DNA of 64,000 bases from Cyanidioschyzon merolae (taxonomy: Eukaryota). The first letter of the stretch is position 1; every line of letters starts with the position of its first letter. The notes under the pieces are model-generated. The model saw only the letters and a program-made list of their open reading frames with translations. It did no database searches and was not told where the DNA came from. This document shows positions 10,666-22,304 of the stretch, one piece after another. A program made the position numbers and the translations under genes. The stretch lies in NCBI GenBank assembly GCA_000091205.1, contig AP006495.2; one strand, written 5' to 3'.

Positions 10666-13092
10666 TCATGGTATCTGAAGGTTGGGCTCCGACGAGCAAC
10701 GACGTATACCAGAGTGCTTCGGGTGACTACTGCCGCTCGCAGGAGCACTGGTTTTCGCTACAGGTGCTTCCGGCGACATGGAACGGCGCGCAGCAATCAT
10801 ATCCATGAGACTCTGGACGGAACCTGACTCGGCAACGGAGTTGGTGCCTGGCGCACTCTGCTTCAGCCTTTCGATTTCGATCGTAAGGCGTTTGGAGAGG
10901 TACTTGCAGAAAAACGGCGATTCCAGTGCGCAGATGGGCACTAAATCCGCTTCGGCGTCATCGAAACAGTGGAACATACCCTGCGTCTTGTTCGATGGCG
11001 TTTCCGCGTCGGCAGAGGTATTGCGTGGTTGTTGGTGCTCTTGGTGCTGTTGCTCGGGCCCAGCGATGGCTGTGGATACTGTTATCGGTCCACTTGATGT
11101 TGATGTCGCTATTGCTGCCTGAAGCTGCTCCTCAAACGCAAAGACTCCATAATCGTCATCCACAAGCGGTACGTAGAGTGACCCAACAGGTTTCGTAGGA
11201 CGCTCGCAAAATAACGACTGTAGCCGCTTGTCTCGTGCAGCACAAACGCGTTCCGCTTCCAGAACGGCAGTTTCCAGTTTGCTTCGACCTTCAAAACGAC
11301 TCTGTTCCGCTCGACCGTAATCCTCAGGAGACGAGTCCTGTGTTCTGTGCGAACGGGCAGCACGAGTTGATTGCCAAGACTCTGCAGAGCGGGTCGAGGA
11401 TGCGTCTCCGTACACAAGCAGACCGATTTGGTAGAGTGTGAGCCCTGCTTGGATTCCAAGCTTCAAAAGCAGGGTGCCAACACAGAGGCTGCGCAAGCTG
11501 CCCTTGCGAAGCGCACGTGGTCCAAGTTCGCGCGTCAGCAACTTCACATCCGCGAATGAGTCCAGTCCCAAGACGTAGCGCCGAACCGAGTCCAACACAG
11601 CCTCCTGGGATTGCGTCCAATCCATCCAGCATGCCCGAGGAACGGTCGGCACCTGCTCTGGCAAAATGTACGCATGATCGATCGCGACAAGTTGCATTTG
11701 GGTTCGCTGCGAGGCCTGTTTGCATTCCTTTTCGCATGATTCCGAGTCCTTCAAAAGGCCTCGGTGCCGAAGCAGCTCTGAAGTGTCACACACGAGCACA
11801 TTCGATGCGTTCCGATCGCACTGCAGCACTCGTATATCAAAAGCGGCGATGCGTTGGACTGATTCAGTATCGAAAACACCAGGGCCAAAGTCTTCGGCGT
11901 CGCCGCGGTTCCTGTAGTACACTTGAAATGCACCGCATTTGGTCTTCCTCGTCATTGTGTCGCCGCAGTTGTCCACAAGCTCACATTTTGCGAGAGCTGT
12001 TTGCGGAATATTCGCAAAGTGCCCGTGATCCAGTAAATACGCTGCACATTCCTTAAATGCACCCTCGGCGGGATGGAAATACATGCGCGCTGGTTGCAAA
12101 GGCAGCTCCGTACCAGCAGTTTCCTCGTCAAACGGTTTGAATATTCCCAACACGCTCTGCGTGCCTGTGGCATTCCGAATGAGATAGGCACCCGATGCAC
12201 CCGATCGGTAGGGTCGCTCGAGACGAGCCCCACCGTTTGTGATCGCTTTTGAGGCACGCTCTGCAGCATCGATGACTTCTTCGAGTTCTACGCGCTCCGC
12301 TACGGCAGCATATAGAGAAAACCCCTGATCGCTACTACGTTCATTGTAATCATTGCGATGGCAGCCATGACGGCGGGTAGATTCCAAAAGAGCTCGGGAA
12401 GACTGCCAAAGCTTGTGCCCCTGCTGCGCACCCATTTCTGTCGGATTCTCTCCGCGTAGAGGTAGCAACGCGATCTCTGCGTCCGCCGCCTCTATAGTAC
12501 CCTGCGATGCCTTTGCGCAGTTGCGCGAAGATGCAACTTTGCCTGGCGCTGAACGCGCGCAGCTGCGACTCGCGTACCCAAAGAGATCGAAGCTCTCACA
12601 AACCGAGCTATACGGGTCTGATCGATCGCCGTTTTCGGGAAACTTACTCACATTTGCTTTCACCTCTGTCGTACTAGAGTGACCAAGGCACGACTCATGT
12701 ATAAGGTTCAGCGCAGAACGAGCCTCAAGACTCCGGAGCCAATTGCTACTTGCAGTCGGGGTTCCGCTTGTCAATGGGCTAAGCTGTATCGACAAATCAT
12801 CGTAGACGGTCTTGTTCAAGGCGTTTGCGACTTGATCATCCATGCTCTTGCTCTCTTCGATGATTGAAACGCCCTTGCTCAAGTCCGCACCTGGTCTCGA
12901 AGTCTGATTTTCATCATCTGATTCACTGTCGGACAAGTCAGCCCAGGAGAAGCAACTTACCATAGTATACGGCAAAGACGATGACCCTTTCCACGCAGCT
13001 GGTACCGCATGGCGCGTCAGCGTTACGCTGTTCGTCGACACGTTCCCATTGTCTTCATTTTCAAAATGCGTACCTGCTTTCATCGATGCCAT
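10666..13092 (-). CDS. Phosphatidylinositol 4-kinase type II-like protein (PI3/PI4-kinase family)
   Basis: The central domain 'GASGAYLIRNATGTQSVLGIFKPFDEE ... FDIRVLQCDRNASNVLV ... AIDHAYILP' parallels PI4K type II (GSSGSYFVKD...AVFKPKNEE; LDYIIRNTDRGNDNWLI). The ORF is a single 808-aa reading frame. Confidence 0.6.
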   Translation of the reverse strand: MASMKAGTHFENEDNGNVSTNSVTLTRHAVPAAWKGSSSLPYTMVSCFSWADLSDSESDDENQTSRPGADLSKGVSIIEESKSMDDQVANALNKTVYDDLSIQLSPLTSGTPTASSNWLRSLEARSALNLIHESCLGHSSTTEVKANVSKFPENGDRSDPYSSVCESFDLFGYASRSCARSAPGKVASSRNCAKASQGTIEAADAEIALLPLRGENPTEMGAQQGHKLWQSSRALLESTRRHGCHRNDYNERSSDQGFSLYAAVAERVELEEVIDAAERASKAITNGGARLERPYRSGASGAYLIRNATGTQSVLGIFKPFDEETAGTELPLQPARMYFHPAEGAFKECAAYLLDHGHFANIPQTALAKCELVDNCGDTMTRKTKCGAFQVYYRNRGDAEDFGPGVFDTESVQRIAAFDIRVLQCDRNASNVLVCDTSELLRHRGLLKDSESCEKECKQASQRTQMQLVAIDHAYILPEQVPTVPRACWMDWTQSQEAVLDSVRRYVLGLDSFADVKLLTRELGPRALRKGSLRSLCVGTLLLKLGIQAGLTLYQIGLLVYGDASSTRSAESWQSTRAARSHRTQDSSPEDYGRAEQSRFEGRSKLETAVLEAERVCAARDKRLQSLFCERPTKPVGSLYVPLVDDDYGVFAFEEQLQAAIATSTSSGPITVSTAIAGPEQQHQEHQQPRNTSADAETPSNKTQGMFHCFDDAEADLVPICALESPFFCKYLSKRLTIEIERLKQSAPGTNSVAESGSVQSLMDMIAARRSMSPEAPVAKTSAPASGSSHPKHSGIRRCSSEPNLQIP

Positions 13093-14953
13093 TGATCGTA
13101 ATATGCACGGCTATGTGATTAAGAGTGTAGCGATCGTTCCAGATTGCCCCACGGCCAGAGTTTGGAGCTAAGAGACGCTTTCAGGGACGCTCAAAATGTG
13201 CTGCGACGTGAATCTCGAGGTCGTGCCACCCCAAGGTGAATCCCGGTGTCCCCGAACTATATTGTCCACTGTGCAGACAAAGACCAAACCCGTAACTGCT
13301 CCGCGCAAGAGAGCGCGTTTGCACGCGCTGGGCCGAACCTGGCCGCAAGTGCGTCCGCGAAGAGAATTCAGTCGTTCAACTTGAAAGCTGCGGTGTGGGA
13401 GACGTATTCGTGAATGCAGTTTGTGTTTCACCTCGAGTCAAAACAATAAAATGTACGTGCCCGGTTCTCAGCTTTAAGGAACACCCAGAACCCCACCTCT
13501 CAAGTCTCCAGCTTGCGTTTGTGAAGCGTTCACGACTCGTGCGCAGCTCGCACGTCGCGTCGCTAACACAAGTCACGCTATGCAGTGGAACTCAGGTGCG
13601 TTACGCTCACCGCTCGGCGCTCTTGACTGCACAAACTTCAGCGCAGCTGGATAGAACGCGTCTGTTTCAAAAACAGCGCTAAACAGAAAACAAACCAGTG
13701 AGCGGACACGGAAGTAACCCCTTGTCTATGTAAACGTCGGAACGACACGAACGAAAGTTCTGACGCCACCTATAACGGAGGCATCGAAATCGGACTATCT
13801 GCGGGCCGAGCTCGGACACGGTCTCGCTCGCGAAGATTCCGGCCTGTAACGTGACACAGAGGGCAACGGACCGGTCGCGTGATCAGCGTCTGCCGTTCAG
13901 GAGCGCCACCGTATGATCACATTCTAGACATAACTGTATATACATGGTCGTGGTGCGTTTCCGCGCATTGCAAGTGCCACGTTTCGCACTGATGCGAGGC
14001 AACTGGAAAACAAGCATACGCAGCGTACTGTCGCGTACTCACTAACGTACGGGTCTTTTCCAGTAGTCGTGAACACTAGTATTTGCGAAATTTTTTTTAG
14101 TGAATGCTTTATTTTGCTGTGTGGTATTGGGCGCTAAATACGCTGGGATCTCCTGTTTCTCCAGCTTCGTCACTAGGAGTCGAAGGATATGACGTCAGCG
14201 TTGGAGTCCCGAAATCGCTGCTTCCGGCTGCTGTTGACGCACTCTAAGAGCAAGCAAAAGTTGCGATACACAATTTATTTGCTTTAGATCTTCTCTATAC
14301 ACAGCCTATTTGCGCCATCCGCGGCTTGGACACGAGACTGCGGTCGTGCAACTCATACGTCCCCCGCTCCTGCTCTTCAGAGTGCCGCCCTGTGGCGTGC
14401 GAATCCTTGCTTCTTGGCTGGATATACGCTCTTGACAGGTACTGGAGGGACTGCTTGATGTACGCCCCGTTGCTGCGCCGCGTATGCAGTGCCCGATGAT
14501 CACGGGCATTTTTTTGGGCGATCCCGGCGCCGTCTGCGCTACCTGCGGCATACACAATCGCACGTTGTTCCGTTCTTTAGAGCGTTTGTGGAACCCAGTA
14601 TCGTCCATCATAACACAAGCACCGTCGCCGAGCATCCGACAGAGTACTTTGTGTCCGAGATCCAAAGCTCCAGCATTCCTGTTCTCACTGATTCGAGCGA
14701 GCTAGCGACCTGAGGCCCGTCCGCACCTCCGTTGATGATGTTTCCGTCGACGCCACTGTGAAAACCTGGATTTCTCCGAATATCCTATGAAATCGGAGAC
14801 GTATCCGCCGAAACTTTTCGAAGCTTTGCTTTACAACCCACGTATCAAAATCCCCATCAAACACGAAACGCTTGCGCTTCACGTAGATTCAACCTAGGAA
14901 ACCCGTGCCCACACCACGACCAAACCTGTACAGTCTTGTAGTGTCACAGTCTA

Positions 14954-16216
14954 TCACTGATCCTGTTTCGCATAGGTGTCCAAGGCGAAACGAGCGGTCT
15001 TCGCCACGTTCTCGTTCGGGTCCAACAGAAGTGATTCAACCGCCGCGCGTGCCTTGGACGAGTGCCTGCACCAGTGCCCGAGCGACTCGGTCACGGAAAT
15101 ACGCACAAGAACATCCTCGCTTCGGGTAAAGCGCTCGATCGCTCGAACTGAGCGCTGAAGCAGTTCCTGGTCCATCTCCGACTGCGAATAGTCTGCGTAC
15201 GCGAGGTCACCAAGAGCGCATATCACCGTCTGAACAAGGAGCGATTTCCCAGACTCACTGTTCACTTCATGACTGTTCAGTTCCTCGATAAACAGGAGCA
15301 GCGCTTCACGTGCGCGTACCAGCCCAAGGCTCGCCGCCGCGCTCAACCTCACAATCCAGTCCTCGCTCTGTTTCTCAAAACACCCAAGCAAAGGACTCAC
15401 CAACATCGGTTTGAATTGTTCACATCGGCTGCCAACATGGCCAAGAGCGCCTGCAGAAGCTGCACGGGCAGCCGGGTCAAGGTCCTCCTGAAGTACCTCA
15501 ATGAGGGCCTCGACAGCCATCTGGCGCCACTCTTCGACAGCTGCCTCTGACGTCGCCTGACCCTGGCCCAGAAGAATAGCCAGGGAAAAGGCTGCCTGAG
15601 AGCGTGACATTTCATCGAAAACTCGATCCGGTAGCACCAGGGTCGACAGGTTCTTCGGCCGCGAGGAGTCCGCCGCACTTGGTCCGGTTCCTTCGAGTCG
15701 GTTGCGCTCACGAGCGTGCTCAACAGCAGAGCGGAGCACCTGCAATAGCACCGGCACGACGAGGGATCTTGGGTAGAAGTGCGCTTCTTGCATTGCGGTG
15801 AGACGACTTCTCATATTCCCGTTCGCGATGGCTTCCCGCAGCTTTTCGAAACGGCTCTGTGCCTGGGGAATGCCGCCCTCAGTGCGGCACTGTTCTGCAA
15901 CCGTTGCAACCCGGGCTGGCAGCGACAGCAGCTCGCGTACGGCGACACCAAACGGCGTCGCCAACTCAACCCTCTCGTCCCAGTTCCTGCTAGCGCCGGC
16001 GGAAGATGGTTGATTGCGCCCCGATGCTGGGGTGCTACCGCCTGCTCCCGGCGCGAGCTGGGCACGAAGCGTGAAGCGCGCGCTACCTCGTCGTTTCCTC
16101 ACCTCCGAACAAAAGCAGTCGTAACCGATAGTGTTCGTCTTGAGCGTAGTTCTTGTCGATGTGCTTCTATCATAGACGCAAAAATTCGTGATGCTTGGTA
16201 CAAACATTGTGGGCAT
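14954..16216 (-). CDS. HEAT/PBS-lyase-type repeat protein
   Basis: Repeated helical units carry the motifs 'VRISVTESLGH', 'VRLSAAASLGL' and 'ARAASAGALGH', as in HEAT-like repeats. It is a 420-aa ORF. Confidence 0.45.
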   Translation of the reverse strand: MPTMFVPSITNFCVYDRSTSTRTTLKTNTIGYDCFCSEVRKRRGSARFTLRAQLAPGAGGSTPASGRNQPSSAGASRNWDERVELATPFGVAVRELLSLPARVATVAEQCRTEGGIPQAQSRFEKLREAIANGNMRSRLTAMQEAHFYPRSLVVPVLLQVLRSAVEHARERNRLEGTGPSAADSSRPKNLSTLVLPDRVFDEMSRSQAAFSLAILLGQGQATSEAAVEEWRQMAVEALIEVLQEDLDPAARAASAGALGHVGSRCEQFKPMLVSPLLGCFEKQSEDWIVRLSAAASLGLVRAREALLLFIEELNSHEVNSESGKSLLVQTVICALGDLAYADYSQSEMDQELLQRSVRAIERFTRSEDVLVRISVTESLGHWCRHSSKARAAVESLLLDPNENVAKTARFALDTYAKQDQ

Positions 16217-16399
16217 TCACTAGTTTCTGAAAACTGGTACTCCGATAAGGTGAAGTAAGATTGTCGAAGCAGTAACTGTTCATTGCAGGCTTTGCTGCGC
16301 CGCCTCCAGCGCCGATCTGCAACGCTTGTCCAGTGATTTAGAAATGGACGGTCAGCGCGATTTGCTTTGTGTTTCATAGACGCTTACCTTGATCGGGGA

Positions 16400-16615
16400 T
16401 CCCAGATTGCGGTACGGATGGTACCATTCAGAGATGCGTCCAGCATTTCCATTCCAAGTTCCATAACCCATACTTCTTCTTTGATGTGCTGGTGGTTTTT
16501 TACGTTCTGTCGTGCGCCGAGTGCCTGCCCTGATCGTCCGTGATAGCGCCTGTGCCGCCAGTTTGGATGCATCACAGCGACAGAACCACTTTGCCATACC
16601 GCAGAGGGCGTCGGC
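16400..16615. repeat. Dispersed repeat family X, copy 1 (~210 bp). The other copy is at 48425-48635.
   Basis: 'cccatacttcttc...ccctgatcgtccg.gatagcgcct.t.gc...gcagagggc.tcggctcg.gg' is shared with the 48.4-48.6 kb copy in the same orientation. Confidence 0.7.
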
Positions 16616-16869
16616 TCGGGGCGCGGTTCACTCGCCACAGAATCGAGCCTCAAATTCGATTCGTGCTCAGCCGGTTTGTGGATGCAGACTTGCCTTCGGT
16701 GCACTGCGCGTTGGAGAAATTTGGCTGTTAGGATGTATCCTGGGGGCCGCTTCTCTCTTGCGCGATCGTGTGTGAAATTCGTGTGCGGCTCGCAACACGG
16801 ACTTGTGCTTGGCACCCACCAGTGGGTAGGTGCCCAAAGCGCTGGGCCGACCCGCAATGAACGGTAGTT

Positions 16870-17495
16870 CAGCGAGAGGCGTTGCGCAAAGGCATGCTCG
16901 CAGCGTCGGCACGCTCAACGCAGCGAAAACGTACCGCTCCAATGAGGTATATGAAGACCCATCAGCAGACGCCTGCCAGCCTTTTCCGACCAGCCGCATG
17001 CTATCGATTTCGGCTTCTCCCTATACATTTCGAGCCTGAGAGGCTACCCCACAGAGGGCGTGCGCGCCAGCTCCCCGGGGCTCCTCTCCGGCGCAGCACA
17101 TCTCCTGATGCTCGTTGCAGCATGAAAGTCTCGGTTCACGAATTCCATTCGTTTATTGCCTCCGTTTGCACTCACCAATGCAAGGAGCACTCGAACTCGT
17201 GCCCTCTGCGCCAATACAACCTCGTCATCGTTCCGTCTCGCAAACACCCTTGCTCGCCTATCTCGCCTTTTCTTCGTCTTCTTCTTCATCGTCGAATGCT
17301 CTACTTTGCTCGATGGTTGGCAAGAGGATAATTTTTTCGTTTGCTTCAAGCATCCGGAAATAACGGCCATCAAGGATCACCCATTTCCACATCCATACCT
17401 TTCCCTTGAATTTTTCGTTTTTTGAAAATGAACGCACTTCGAACGCGTCTGCTATGAGCCTCGACAGAGCATTTGCTGACGCTCGCCCGCTGCGG
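16870..17495 (-). mobile_element. TnpB/Fanzor-like element, 5'-truncated copy A (3' module only)
   Basis: The mini-ORF 17044..17373(-) ends in '...NGGNKRMEFVNRDFHAATSIRRCAAPERSPGELARTPSVG'. The downstream tail 'gcctctcaggctcg...aaaaggctggcaggcgtctgctgatgggtcttcatatacc...ttttcgctgcgttgagcgtgccgacgctgcg' is conserved with copies B, D, E and F. Confidence 0.6.
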
Positions 17496-17512
17496 CTTGG
17501 ACTACAATTCAT

Positions 17513-18973
17513 GTGACAAACGGGAACGAGCGTCGATCACCGGCACCGAGCGCGGCGCGTGTTAGGCGCGTGTCCGGCGCGTGTCCGGCGCGTGTCCGGC
17601 GCGTGTCCGGCACGCGTGCAGCGCGCAGACACCTGCCGTCGACGCGGGCATCGGTGAGCATCACGCTCATCACAGGAACGGTAACCGTGGCATGCGCGCT
17701 CCTGCTTGCTCCAGAGCAGGGCTTTGGACTCCTGGTCATCCAAAAGCTGGGAGCTTGTTGCGTGGTTGTCGCAACCACGGTTGTTCGGCACGTTTGGCGC
17801 CAGCAAAGGCCAGGAACAATGGCCTTCGTTCAGCTCGCTTCGAGGAGAACCGGCGGACGAAACCAGTTCCGGGGTCGCGCTGTGGATAGAACGTTAGCGG
17901 GAGGTGTCAGACACCCGAGCGAACGTGGAACTGTAAAGTTTTCCTCAGGTCTGAGGCTGCAACTTACACCGGGGTTCCCTCATTCCAAGGACACTGGGAG
18001 ATCGGGCCGTAGCGACCGGGAGCCTGCATTTTCCGGGGATGCGGATGCGCTGCGCCTTCCTGCCTTGACCAGGGCAGCGCTATCCTTAGCGCCAGCGCTT
18101 GTAACTGTCAGCGCGCAAGACACGTCTGTATCGAGATCAAAAGCTGGAGGCGCCTCTGGAACAAGTCCGATGAATAGTTCTGCGGTCGCATCGTGGCCCA
18201 GAACTGAGCTCACAACCGCAGCGTTTCGATATACGTTCTATTCACTCGGTTCTAACGATAACTTGTACAAGCAAACGCTACAAGCGGAGATACAATCCAA
18301 ATTAATCCACGTGGGCACGGAGGGCGCAGCCCTGATTGTTCGAGTGGATCCAAGCTATGTAGCCTGGGTAGATGACGCACAAATTACAGAGCCGCGAATG
18401 CCCGGGACGCTCGCGGACAGGGTTGGCGGTCGACCGCTGTCCGCCGATGCGCATCTCAGGGGCGGCTCACCAGGGCCGTACCACGCCACAGAATCGATGC
18501 GCAGTGAATTCGTTGCAGATGTCGAACATGGAACTGGAAGGAAACCACATTTCGACCGAGCAGCGTACAAGCGCCTTGACGAGAACCAACGATCGTCGCG
18601 TCCATGCCCTCGGGCGTTGACGTCACCGTACATTGCGGGCGGTGCGCTCCCTTCGGATGAAGAGGGACTCGCTCAAAGATGCCGACTGTATATCGAAGGC
18701 GAAGTTACGCACGCTCTCCCATGTAATGCATCATTCCATGGCCCAAGTCCGCCCGAGTGTTTTATTGTGCGAGTTTTACGAAGGTGCCAGAACGTGTTTC
18801 GACAGTTTGCGGGAAGCGAACCATGCAGCGCATCTCCAACCACCATCGAGGAGTCTGTCGAGGATTTCTGCATTATGTGTTCAGCCCAGAGAGGGAGTGC
18901 AGAGTGCCGCTCTTTTCCTGCGACGCTGGGTACCGGCATTAACGTGGCGTTGAATGCGCTTAGCGCTACATAG
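17513..18973 (+). CDS. Hypothetical protein. The N-terminal part is doubtful because it overlaps the 11-bp repeat and the copy A boundary.
   Basis: 486-aa ORF with no recognisable domain. The first ~60 aa are low-complexity Arg/Ala sequence generated by the repeat. Confidence 0.25.
   Translation: MTNGNERRSPAPSAARVRRVSGACPARVRRVSGTRAARRHLPSTRASVSITLITGTVTVACALLLAPEQGFGLLVIQKLGACCVVVATTVVRHVWRQQRPGTMAFVQLASRRTGGRNQFRGRAVDRTLAGGVRHPSERGTVKFSSGLRLQLTPGFPHSKDTGRSGRSDREPAFSGDADALRLPALTRAALSLAPALVTVSAQDTSVSRSKAGGASGTSPMNSSAVASWPRTELTTAAFRYTFYSLGSNDNLYKQTLQAEIQSKLIHVGTEGAALIVRVDPSYVAWVDDAQITEPRMPGTLADRVGGRPLSADAHLRGGSPGPYHATESMRSEFVADVEHGTGRKPHFDRAAYKRLDENQRSSRPCPRALTSPYIAGGALPSDEEGLAQRCRLYIEGEVTHALPCNASFHGPSPPECFIVRVLRRCQNVFRQFAGSEPCSASPTTIEESVEDFCIMCSAQRGSAECRSFPATLGTGINVALNALSAT
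17557..17612. repeat. 11-bp tandem repeat (GGCGCGTGTCC)x~4.5
   Basis: 'ggcgcgtgtccggcgcgtgtccggcgcgtgtccggcgcgtgtccggcacgcgtg'. Confidence 0.9.
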
Positions 18974-21900
18974 GTTGTAATAGGCTAGGATGTTATGTGT
19001 ATTGTATTTAAAGCGTAACGTTCTTCAGGGGAGTTTGAAGGACGTGGCTTCTTTGGCCCCTTTTCGAATCGAATCAAATACAATGCCGGAATGCGCTTCA
19101 GAAAGCAGGACGAGCCAGTAGAAGCAGCGCAGGTGCTGTGGAATGGTGCGTTATCCGGAATTGCATACTAGCGGCTGAAGAGCTCTGAGCTCGAAACCCG
19201 TGCGAGATTGGAATGAGCTACTGAAAAGCTCGATCTGTTCCTGCCTTTCGATTTTTCATCTACCTCTTCTTTAGACGTACCACGCTGGATATTCGAAGCG
19301 CATGAAGAGGGGCTCTCGGATTCACTGTTGGGTTCAGGAGTCTCGAGTGTGTTTCCAGAGTCGATCCGTCGGCGCTTTGACGCTGGCATTCGTTACGTCA
19401 CTGGGAGCAAGATGATTCGCGACGCCATCGGATAAGGGTTCGTAATATAACAGATATCATTATCCAGTGCATAGGTGGAAGCCGCCATGCTTCTCGTGTT
19501 TTAGTTGGTACAGCATACTTGAATCGCTTGTGCGTCGAGCTTCCGATTCTTTGGTTTCAAGGCGACGCGTGGTCGCAGCAGTTCGCTCCAATAGAACGAC
19601 GTCGAAAAATATTGGATATCGTCCATTGGCGACTTGTTCACAAGCTCCTGCCGATAATTCGCCGGACTTGTCGCGTGAAACATTCGATTTCATGCTAAGG
19701 ACAAAACCTGCGCCTGATGCGGTCATGAACGAAACGACATTCGACACCAGCTTGATACCTCCGACAAGATATGCCCTCGAGACTTCTTTCTCTTCCAGTG
19801 GCATGGAAACCGATCGTAGACTCTGACACTAGTCGTCGTGGCGACTTGTTTCAGTAAAGCGTGCGTCAACGCTTGGAACGGAGGGAGCGCAGGCCGATCG
19901 ATATCTGTCGACTTGTTTTGCGGTATGGATTTCATATCTGGTACCTGTTTCATCGTTGGCCACATTTCGTTACAGAAGTGCTCCACGAAATGGAACGACA
20001 CGGGCTTGTGTGTGCAGCGGACAAGATCACTTGCCGAGGGATCGCCCAGAAGAAGCGCGTTATCGTAGTGTCGGGCATTGAGCGCGGAAACAGAATGGTC
20101 CATCGAGCGAGGCCTCGTCTACCCGTCAATGAAAAGTATCGAGCGCTAAAGAGAGTGCTCTGTCGCGACAGAGCGGCCTTCAGAGGAGCACGAGCCGAGG
20201 TGGATATAGGGGAGCGTCTGACCTCAACCAAGTGTTGCATAGCTCTGAAGCGCACACCGTGCCTGTTACGGTAGCAGATTCTTTGATCGAGACTTGCGTC
20301 TGTGAATGAGGTGTGTCCATAACAGCCGGCAGATGTGAAATCAGGTCTCTAGCAGAGCCCTCAGCATCATTCGACTACAGGGAACGAAGCATGGAGGAAC
20401 GGAGAGACTGGCGTACCTGGAGAAAGAGCTGGGGTAGCGGAAAAGGAAGCAGTCGCCGAAGAAGCCCGCATAGGCACGTATCGATGACATTGGGAAGAGA
20501 CTCAAAATTTAGAGCGGATGCTCGAATTAGGTACTGTACCCGCTCCATTTCAGTATGACACGGGTGTACCACTGTACTGATTTCTATGAATGTACCAAAC
20601 CGCTGAGCACCTGAGACCATCTCGTGTCTCTTCGTGGGCACCAGCTGATTCCAGTGCAAGTGCATGAGTGTTTTGGGCCACTGCCCATACGCGTCGCTAT
20701 ATCCAGTCTGCCTTGGCGCTCTCAAAGGTCGTTTCCAATAACGTAAGGTTGTTGAACCTGATCAGCGTGTCCCGGATGCAAGATTATTAGCAGCAACACG
20801 GTACAAGTTGCACGTTCCTCTCGGAATCTGATGACATGCCGTTGACTTCAGACCAATCATCTGACCGTGAATTGTGGTTAAATGAATCCAGTGACTATAC
20901 GGGTGCCGAGCTTGCCATGGATGACCCTGGGAAAATTCGCTCAAGGTGCTTTCTCAGACGCCGCAAGCGCTCCAGCGAAGTCATGAAGACATGCTCGCTG
21001 CTGGACAATGCCGCTTTCGAGATCGCGCAGAATACCGTCCGCTCGCTTGCAGGACCCACTTGATACAGCCTTTGTGTCAACACTGCAGCAGTTCAGCTGC
21101 ACTGTTCAGTGCCAGGCCGGAGCGCTCTCGCAGAATTTATACACATGCAGTAGACGTCCACTGGTCGGAGAGCAGAGGCCTCATGCGCCATGGCGCCTCT
21201 GTCCGGTGCTTGCACCCCAACAAGTGCCGCTGGAGAACACAGAGGAACCAGAGTGGAACGAGCCCGACAGCTTATGCCGCATCGTACGCATCTGGGTTTC
21301 TGAGAAACCTAATTCGCAACAATATTCCCAAATCAAACACCTGATGGAGGCGCTTACGAGCAGTGCTGATGCAGGATTAACGAGTCGCAGCCTTCATTCT
21401 CTTCGATCACAAAGCGAGCAGTGCCCTCTGCTGATCGTTCAAAGACAGTATCGTGGTATCCGTGGCCACGCCAGCATGCGTTTGCGCGTGGATAGCGCAT
21501 CTGACTCCACAATCCGTAGTTCATGGGATAGAGCATGCGGGATCACCATGACAAAGCTCAGCAGCGCGTGGCAGTCTATTCACGAAGCGATGCACCGGAA
21601 AGCTCATCCTCAACACGACGCCCGTAAGTGTTGATTGGAGTCAGGCAATCCGCAAATGGCGCCGCAACATGATGAACCCCTCAATCGATGGATGCTGTGT
21701 TTCACCGAGTGGCGCTGCTCGAGCACTGCAAGGCAGTACTAGTTATACAGGTAAGGCGACCGGAAGCTGAACAATTGGAAGAGGTTTGCGCACCCCGAGG
21801 TGCGTCTTCGGGACGAGGCCGTTGGACGAGCTGCTACCGCTGCAGGTGCGCCGCGGTATATCCATCGACAGGGCTCGTTTATTGTACATGTCTTGTGAAA

Positions 21901-22304
21901 CGTATGGACTCAGGAAGAGGCAGCTTGAAAACGCGACGCAACAACCTGAAGAGAGAAGCAGGTGTTGCGACGACGCTCATAACTAATGACGCCATGATGC
22001 AAAATCTTGCATCATTGGGTACAGGGCCTCTTCCCTCGCTGATACCGGAAACGTCGAGCCGCCGCCACACAGCATTCTGCAGTTCCAAACACCATCAAGT
22101 GCTGCAAAGGATACGCATCTATCGAGGGGCCATGAAGGACATTCAAGATCGTTGCAACAGGTTCATGAACACAACCCGCCCTCGGTGGCGGACTCTGCGG
22201 GAGTTCCTGCGCACCGGCGCATTCCGCCTGCGGGGCATCCAGTGTGACTGCCTCTGCACGCGCATCCGGAAACGTCTCTATGGCGGGCGCCTCGCACGCT
22301 TTCG

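Noticed and set aside
16882-17425. Plus-strand ORFs (16882..17331, 17115..17363, 17156..17425) as genes
   Set aside because: They are antisense mirror frames of the conserved TnpB-like module, as are 40827..41303(+), 40897..41181(+), 34385..34654(+) and 60806..61021(-). The shared 'FEPERL'/'SVHEFH' peptides simply reflect the conserved nucleotides.
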